Source: Conidiobolus incongruus B7586 (Eukaryota). From it: DNA of 32,699 bases. The stretch's first letter is position 1. The number at the start of each line of letters is the position of its first letter. The stretch spans positions 1 through 32,699 of the forward strand of contig JNEM01011567.1 in NCBI GenBank assembly GCA_000697335.1. Reading direction: 5' to 3'. The position numbers were made by a program, and so were the translations under genes. Below are positions 25,362 through 32,699 of the stretch, piece by piece. The notes under the pieces are model-generated. The model was not told where the DNA came from, did not search any database, and worked only from the letters and a program-made list of their open reading frames with translations.

Positions 25362-26399
25362 ATTATATGTTGTCTTTAATCATACTTAAATTACTTGACC
25401 AATATCAATATATCTAACATATTAAAACATTGATATTTTTGGTAAATTGTGAGCTGAAGATACTGTTTTTAACAATTTGAGGGGACTATGATTCTAGATT
25501 TGAATATTAATTTTAATGATTATTCAATTCGCGGATTTTTTTTAATATTTTTTTTTATATTTTAACCAAATTAAAAATGATATTATTTATTTACTTGATT
25601 TAATTAATATTGCTTTATATAATATAATATAATTTCATTAAATAGTTCTAAAAATTTTAAATTTATTTATTCTATTAATTGGGGTACTAAATATCCATTT
25701 TTAAGTGATCTGAATCATATATATTTATAACAATTCTTAAATTTATTACTAGTTCAATTCAAATTTTAAATTAATATAGTCATTTGTTACATTAATTGAA
25801 ATATCAATTTATTATTTTTAAATTAATACTAAAATTTTTCTTATTCGTAGTTAGTTGGAAAAAATTATGATATCATACCAAGATATTCAGCAAATATGGA
25901 GCAATAGGATATTTATAATTCAGAAATATATTTACATATTCAAAGATATTGGAAAATTAGCTTTGAATTTAATAAAAAAATAACCTCAATAATCTATTTA
26001 TGTTTTTAATTGAATTAAACAATATTATAATGAAACATATTTGAAAAACTAAACCTATTAATATATCTGTAATATTCAAAAATATTGTTTACCTTAACTG
26101 AATATTATTTTTCTATGTATCAATTTATAAATTAACAATATGTATTACTCCACTATATTATCCCTATAAACTCATTTATTTTCAGAATTTTTTCAAAATA
26201 ATTTTTTATGATAACCAATCAACAAATGTATCAATAATAGTTTATCTATATTTTATTCAAATAAAATTTGTTGTAATATAAGTCGATAGTGTAATCAAAT
26301 CAAAAATTTCATTATCCTAGTTTTAAAAGATATTATAAATCTAACTGGCTACTGAATTAAAATATTACTATTCTCTATCATATTATCAAACTAATTGAA

Positions 26400-27444
26400 T
26401 CAATTTATATTATCCAACCTTTGAATTAATTTTGTTGTAAATCGAATCCAATCCATCCAAGGGTATTCCATATAGCAAACTTTACAAAATCCCAAATTCG
26501 GTATTACTTCATTTTCATTACATATTAACTGTCTAAATTCTGTTAATAAACAATTCCGATGATATGCTGCAAGACATGATTCATTGGGGCAAAATATTAT
26601 CTAATATATTTTGGAATCAGTATTTGTTTATGATGAAGATAGTAGATTGAATTACTTCAGAATTATGACAATGTTCGTCACATAATTTACAGTTTGATTC
26701 ATCAGGTAATGATATTAGATCTAATAAATCAGGGAATTAGTAGAGTCAGACTGTGAAATAAAATTAAATACCTTTCAAATGATCAATACAAAATTCGTCA
26801 GGAAAAATCTCTTCCAACCCTTGAACCAAGTGAAGTTGATTACTTGTTAATTCATGATCAGAATTAACTTGTTTAATCAGTTTAGCATATGTACTAGGAT
26901 CAAAAACAGCAACTTTTAAATTATATTTTTTATACAGGGTCACCTTTAGTAGATGTAACAATATTTTATGTTTGAATTGAATTCGTTTTTCATTTGGAGA
27001 ATTCTTTAATTTCAAGTGATGTAAATGTCGACTTTCGTGGGGATTTTGAAATGCCCATTCGAACTATTAGCAAAATGTCAGTATTGTAGTCAATAATCAT
27101 GACATAACTTACCTGGAGAGCTGCTAACTTATTTGGGAAATTATAAACGATCAGGTTAAAATTCCTAAGGAAATGATTAATACTTGTTAAGGATTGTGCA
27201 TTGCATTGAGTTACCAATCTTGATGCCGTTTAGTCTTATTAGCTCCTCCTGTCACTTCTCTATTATGCTGTCTAATTCGATGATCAGGCTGGTTACTATA
27301 GCCAATATAACATTTACCATTATGTTTAGGGTTTTGAGGCTGAATGAGATAACAGCAATGAAATTTAAAGTCCGTAACCCAACTTGGATTCATTTTTTGT
27401 AATACATTTAATGTGTTATTTTTTGTTAAAGCCTTAAATAACAT
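26400..27444 (-). CDS. SLX1: Structure-specific endonuclease subunit Slx1 (GIY-YIG + C-terminal zinc-binding RING/PHD-like domain); 5 exons; start may be the downstream ATG (MNPSW)
   Basis: HCCYLI...CYIGYS..P..RIRQHN....GGA..T, ALQ|FEWAFQNP, and C-terminal CKLC...CPNESC...YHRNCL...CKVC...W. Four GT-AG introns; stop TGA 26402-26400. Confidence 0.9.
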
Positions 27445-28534
27445 TTAATATCCTATTCATTTTAAGGGTTTTGTATTGTGGGAATTTTGAAATATTAAAA
27501 TTAATAATTTTTGTTATATATTAAGATTCAATTATTGCTATAAAATTTAACTTTTCTGAAATTAGTGTGTATATTAATTTAATTAATTATATTTTACAAA
27601 TATTAAAAATTTTATATTTATTCAAGATTGAATTGATAATAACGATAATTATGAAGGAAATTTAAATATATTAATATGTATTAATATTGATATTTGACAC
27701 TTGAATATTCATATATCTCATACTTTGGAAACTTTTATTTAAACCACGCAACTGAATAATATGATTGAAAAATTAATTTTTTTGGATAAATTTAAAATAT
27801 ATTTAGTAGATATTTTTTAACTATTGTATAAACAAATAATAATGGTTGATTTATTTATATTAAAATTTTTTTATCATTTATATTTTATAAATGAATAATA
27901 AAACATTATTACATAGATATAGAAAACAATTAAATTAGACATGGTATTATTTAGAATATATTTGAATGTTATTTTGACAAACGATAATGGAATACATGGT
28001 ATATTATCAATTTTATGTGATTAATATTATATATTAGTAATTATATAAAGTAATTTGAGGTAATTGGTTATAAAATAATAATTATAAAGGGAAAAATATT
28101 TTATAGAAATTATAATGAAATTCAACAATTTTATAAAAGTGAATTCAAATAATCCTAAAAATAATATATTATTAATATGTATATAATATATATATAAAAT
28201 AAAGTATAATAATAATCGATAAGATAAGTTTACCCAAGTTAAATAGACAAGATAATAATAAAAAATAAAAGGAAAAAATAATTAAAGGATAAAAAAGAGT
28301 ATATTGTAAACAAGAAAAAAAATACTTGAATAGTCGCGGCAAGGTTTCAAGAGCCAATTAAAACTTGAGATAACTTCAAAATGAGGTATTGGAATTGAAG
28401 AGCCATAAAGTTTACAACTGATAAAAAAAATACAGACGATTAAGAAATGGTGTTGGGTTCTAATTTACAGTTTTGAATAGAACAAATTTAAACTTAATAC
28501 CAGCAGGTGGTTGGCCCCAAAAGGTTATATGGAA

Positions 28535-29074
<540 letters not shown>

Positions 29075-29263
29075 CCTGGTTTAAAGAGCTCTTAATAAAA
29101 AAAATATAAGAAAGAAATAAAGTAATTTAATAAGATTGAAATTGATTATTATAAAAAAGGGATTAATAAGGACTAATAATAAGTAAAAAATTTTCTAATT
29201 CTTTAATTAATAACGTTGTAATTTCCTTTTTGTACACTTGGTCATTTTCAGTTGATGCAAATG

Positions 29264-29469
29264 GGCCAATCAGTGGGGGAATTTATCTAACAGTCACTCA
29301 ATTAAAATGAATTAATATGAAAGAATCAGATGATTTGATTGGCTATTAGAAAAGGTTCATTGTGATTGGGGGGTTGTTTCAAATGGACCAATCGTTGGCT
29401 GAGTTGATTTTTTTATAAAATTAATTGAGGTTCTATCATCCAATCAATTAATCACACCAGTCTTATTGG
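29264..29469. promoter_or_regulatory. Cluster of six CCAAT boxes upstream of ATG8
   Basis: CCAAT/ATTGG at 29266, 29338, 29365, 29388, 29440 and 29465. Five read CCAATC, including GGCCAATCA and AGCCAATCA, which match the NF-Y/HAP consensus. Confidence 0.6.
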
Positions 29470-31390
29470 ATCTTATTTTGAATTCAAACGGAATGATATC
29501 ATTTGATAAGCCTAGAAATAATTTAATATTTTTATAAATTTAGCCGACGTTATTAGTATATACATTGAAATCATAACTTAATATTCAGCTCGGAAATATT
29601 TGGATATTATATCTCTTAAGATGAAGCAAAACATTTTTTACGTTATACTTAAAGTAACAATACAGATAGAGCATAGTATTGAATAAAATATTATATTGAA
29701 ATAAAGCTTAAAATAAAATTATGGAATGAAAAAATAACAAAAATGCTTCAATTTGATTTAATTGATTGTGCTAAAATTCTAATTTATTCAGCAATTTTTA
29801 TATCTAATATCCAGTTTTTGAAACCAATATTTAATATCAGCATTTAATTCTATAAAGAGAAAATCTAAAGAATTTTTTAGACCCTGAGTTATTTAATAAC
29901 ATTTGTTATAAAATTATAATGCGATATCAAAAATGGATCATTTGAACTTTTGAATATATTTTTGGTTTGAATGATAAAACAAGACTTATTAATAACAATT
30001 CATTTTGAATATATAACATTCACATATTCTATTAAGTCATTAAATTATTATAAAATTTAGTAGTGTAAAAATTCAATATCGTGATAATTAAAATTATTAT
30101 TTCATAAATTGCAAAAATTTATTGATACACATTCATTAAATGACAATTTAGTTTTTTTTGTCAAATTGGAGTGTAATATTCTAAAATAGAGTGTATTTTC
30201 ACTGTTTCTAAGCCATTATATGATCAAATATCACAATTACACTGGTTTATTATACATTATCTATATTTCTCAATTAATGATTCATTGTTTCTTAATTGAT
30301 ATATATTATTCTAGAACTATAGTTTATATATTTATTTCTCTTATCTAATATATAAATATTATTACATGATAATTAATGATTGACTTAATATTATTATTGT
30401 TTTAAAATTCCATTGTTTACAGTTCCATAGGTTTCAGGATGGCTAGAATTTATATTGGAATTCATATCATTGGAAGTCATTTTTATAAAAGGATAAAATA
30501 TAAAGATTTGATTAATAATAACATTAAATAATATGTTTGAACTCTAAGATTAACAGGGAGCCTTTTATTATCAAAAAAACAACAAGTATTTATATTATGA
30601 AAAATATAACTAAAATATTAGTTGCAGTTAATCAAAGAATCATTTATTAACAAGAACATGACTTCTTTTTTAGACATATATATTCAATAATTATAATTCA
30701 AAAATATAATAAAATAAAAATATAGATATTATATATATATACTCCATATTATTATTTATATTTCATTTATTTAAATATTAATACTAGTTTCAAAATATTA
30801 TTGTCATGATTATTATGAATTTATAATTAGAGTAATATTAATTTTTAAAATATTACTAATGTAATAATTCTAAACTTTAATATATATTCAATTTAATTTA
30901 ATTTTATAAAATCTATATTTTAAAAAATATTATTGGTATTTAATTTAATAAAGACTCTGAAATATATTTTAATTCAAATTTATATTAATTTCTCAAATAT
31001 AATTTCTAATAAATTTTTATCAATTTAACTTAGATTTATTTTAAAATGCATTTATTTTAATCTTTTTAAATATGAATAAATAAAAATTATTTTATTAATT
31101 AAATTTCTATTTATCATAAATTTAATATTTTTGAATACCAAACTAAAATAAAATATTTTTAATATTAAATAAGTTATTTTTGAATGATATTTAAAAACCA
31201 ATATAGAGGTATATACTATTATAAATAAAATTTTATAGTTTAAATAATAACCTATAATAAGATTAATAGATATATATCTAGATTATATTTAATTTGTATT
31301 GATAAGATTTTTAAATATATAGTTATAGATAAAATTTAAAAAAATTTCAAAAAACATTAAATATTTTTGATTAAAAATTTTATTACATAT

Positions 31391-31630
31391 ACTAGCTTAT
31401 AAAAATAAATTATAAAATTATAATTATATATATTTTTATCAATAACTCTATTAATTCTTAATTAAATTAATTTAAAATGAAATATATAATAAAGTTATAT
31501 TATTTATTTATAATTTAATATATTTGGTTTAATTATATTAATTTTCAATTGATATATTAAAATTTGAATTTTATTTAAAATAAGTTATAAATTTATAAAT
31601 TTTAGTTATCAAAAGAAAATTAAAACTTAA
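31391..31630 (+). repeat. Direct repeat copy A (~240 bp, very AT-rich)
   Basis: Aligns without gaps to 32057-32296 (offset 666); about 31 mismatches by manual count (~87% identity). Confidence 0.9.
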
Positions 31631-32056
31631 TATATTTAACTTTTGTTTTTTTAACTTCCTTAAATTTATAGGGTATAAAATTAATTAAATTCTTATATTA
31701 AGAAAAATTAACTTTGTTTTAAGTTTCTTAAATATATTCTTAAAGCCTATTTAAATTTTTTATTAGTGGGAAAGCATTAACTATTTTTTTAATTAATTTT
31801 AAAGATATTTTATAAAATTAAGGTTAAAAGATTAAAGAAATCACTTTATAACTATTATTTTATTATTTTTAAACTATTTAATAGTAAAAATAATAATATA
31901 ACAAAAAATATTATTTTATTAGAAAATAACATCTAATTTATTTAATTTATATTATTTAATAGTTTTTTAATTTATTATCTATAATATTTTAATATATCTT
32001 ATTATTAATTCCTTTATTAACTCTATAAAAATACCTTATACTAAAAGATAATATAC

Positions 32057-32296
32057 ACTAGCCTATAAAAGTAAGTTATAAAATTATAATTATATATATT
32101 ATTATCAATAACTCTATTAATTCTTAATCAAATTAATTTAAATTAAATCATATAATAAACCTATATTATTTATTTATAATTAAGTATATTTAATCTAATT
32201 ATATTAACTTTTAGTTGATATATTAAAGTTTAAATTTTACCTAAAGTAAGTTATAAATTTGTGTGTTTTGGTTATAAAAAGAAAATTAAAACTTAG
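32057..32296 (+). repeat. Direct repeat copy B (~240 bp)
   Basis: Ungapped match to 31391-31630; retains more C/G than copy A. Confidence 0.9.
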
Positions 32297-32302
32297 TACA
32301 TC

Positions 32303-32699
32303 TGTAAGTATAGTGGTAATTAAACTAATATAGTATAGAGAAAGACTTAATATAAAAGTAGTATGTGTAGAACATGGTAATATAATATAGCTGTAGTGTG
32401 CAAGTGTAAACAAAGTTTAATTAAGCTTCAAACTAGGATGAGTCACTGATATATTAAGATTTATATTAGGTAGTGCTAATATCCTACAATATTAATAGAA
32501 TATAGTTTCAATCTTAAAAATAGTGTAAAAGTAAAAAATAGTAAGAATTGAGAAGGAAAAAAAAAGACCTAATTTATTAAATAATTTAATGCTATTTGTA
32601 TAATTAATTTAACTATATAAGTATAAATTAATCATATAATTTATAGTTAATTGGATTATATGAAAGTATATATAAAAATTTAAAGAACTAGTCTTTTAA
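32303..32699. mobile_element. Candidate LTR end, truncated by the window edge
   Basis: Similarity between repeat copies A and B stops abruptly where TGTAAG begins (32303). Composition then shifts to G/A-rich, like the reverse strand of the solo LTR. The other end is not visible. Confidence 0.35.

Noticed and set aside
27211..27444. GIY-YIG ORF as a homing endonuclease or mobile element
   Set aside because: Splices to ALQFEW and a C-terminal zinc-binding domain, so it is the housekeeping gene SLX1.
28460..28500. Possible 41-nt GT-AG intron in the ATG8 3' UTR
   Set aside because: Shorter than the other introns, with no convincing branch site; needs RNA-seq.
30390..30680. Possible small minus-strand gene remnant (MSKKE..., MTSNDMNSNINSSHPETYG...)
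   Set aside because: Very short, no consistent spliced frame and no recognisable homology.
31391..32296. Direct repeats as the paired LTRs of a small element, or as a CRISPR-like array
   Set aside because: No clear TG...CA termini, PBS/PPT or TSD; only two long copies in eukaryotic DNA.

Overview
Very AT-rich eukaryotic genomic DNA with short (~45-125 nt) GT-AG introns. Gene content and intron style suggest an early-diverging fungus, possibly Conidiobolus/Entomophthorales-like (inference only). Spliced by eye, it encodes a stand-alone UBASH3/Sts-like 2H phosphoesterase (3414-4307), ESF1, two tandem PHO13-type HAD-IIA phosphatases plus an inverted pseudogenised third copy, a tandem-BTB/CAP-Gly protein, ATP synthase subunit k (ATP19), coatomer alpha (COP1), penta-EF-hand PEF1, SLX1 and ATG8. 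Non-coding features are a 547-bp solo LTR with a perfect 5-bp target-site duplication, a probable second LTR end at the right edge, an (AAT)23 microsatellite and a cluster of six CCAAT boxes upstream of ATG8. Several C/G-depleted blocks are present; one holds an ungapped ~240-bp direct repeat whose copies differ mostly by C/T and G/A transitions (RIP-like). I see no clear-cut novel multi-gene system. The best leads are the RIP-like repeat decay, the stand-alone 2H enzyme, the PHO13 birth-and-death trio with a precise intron loss, and the BTB-BTB-CAP-Gly adaptor.
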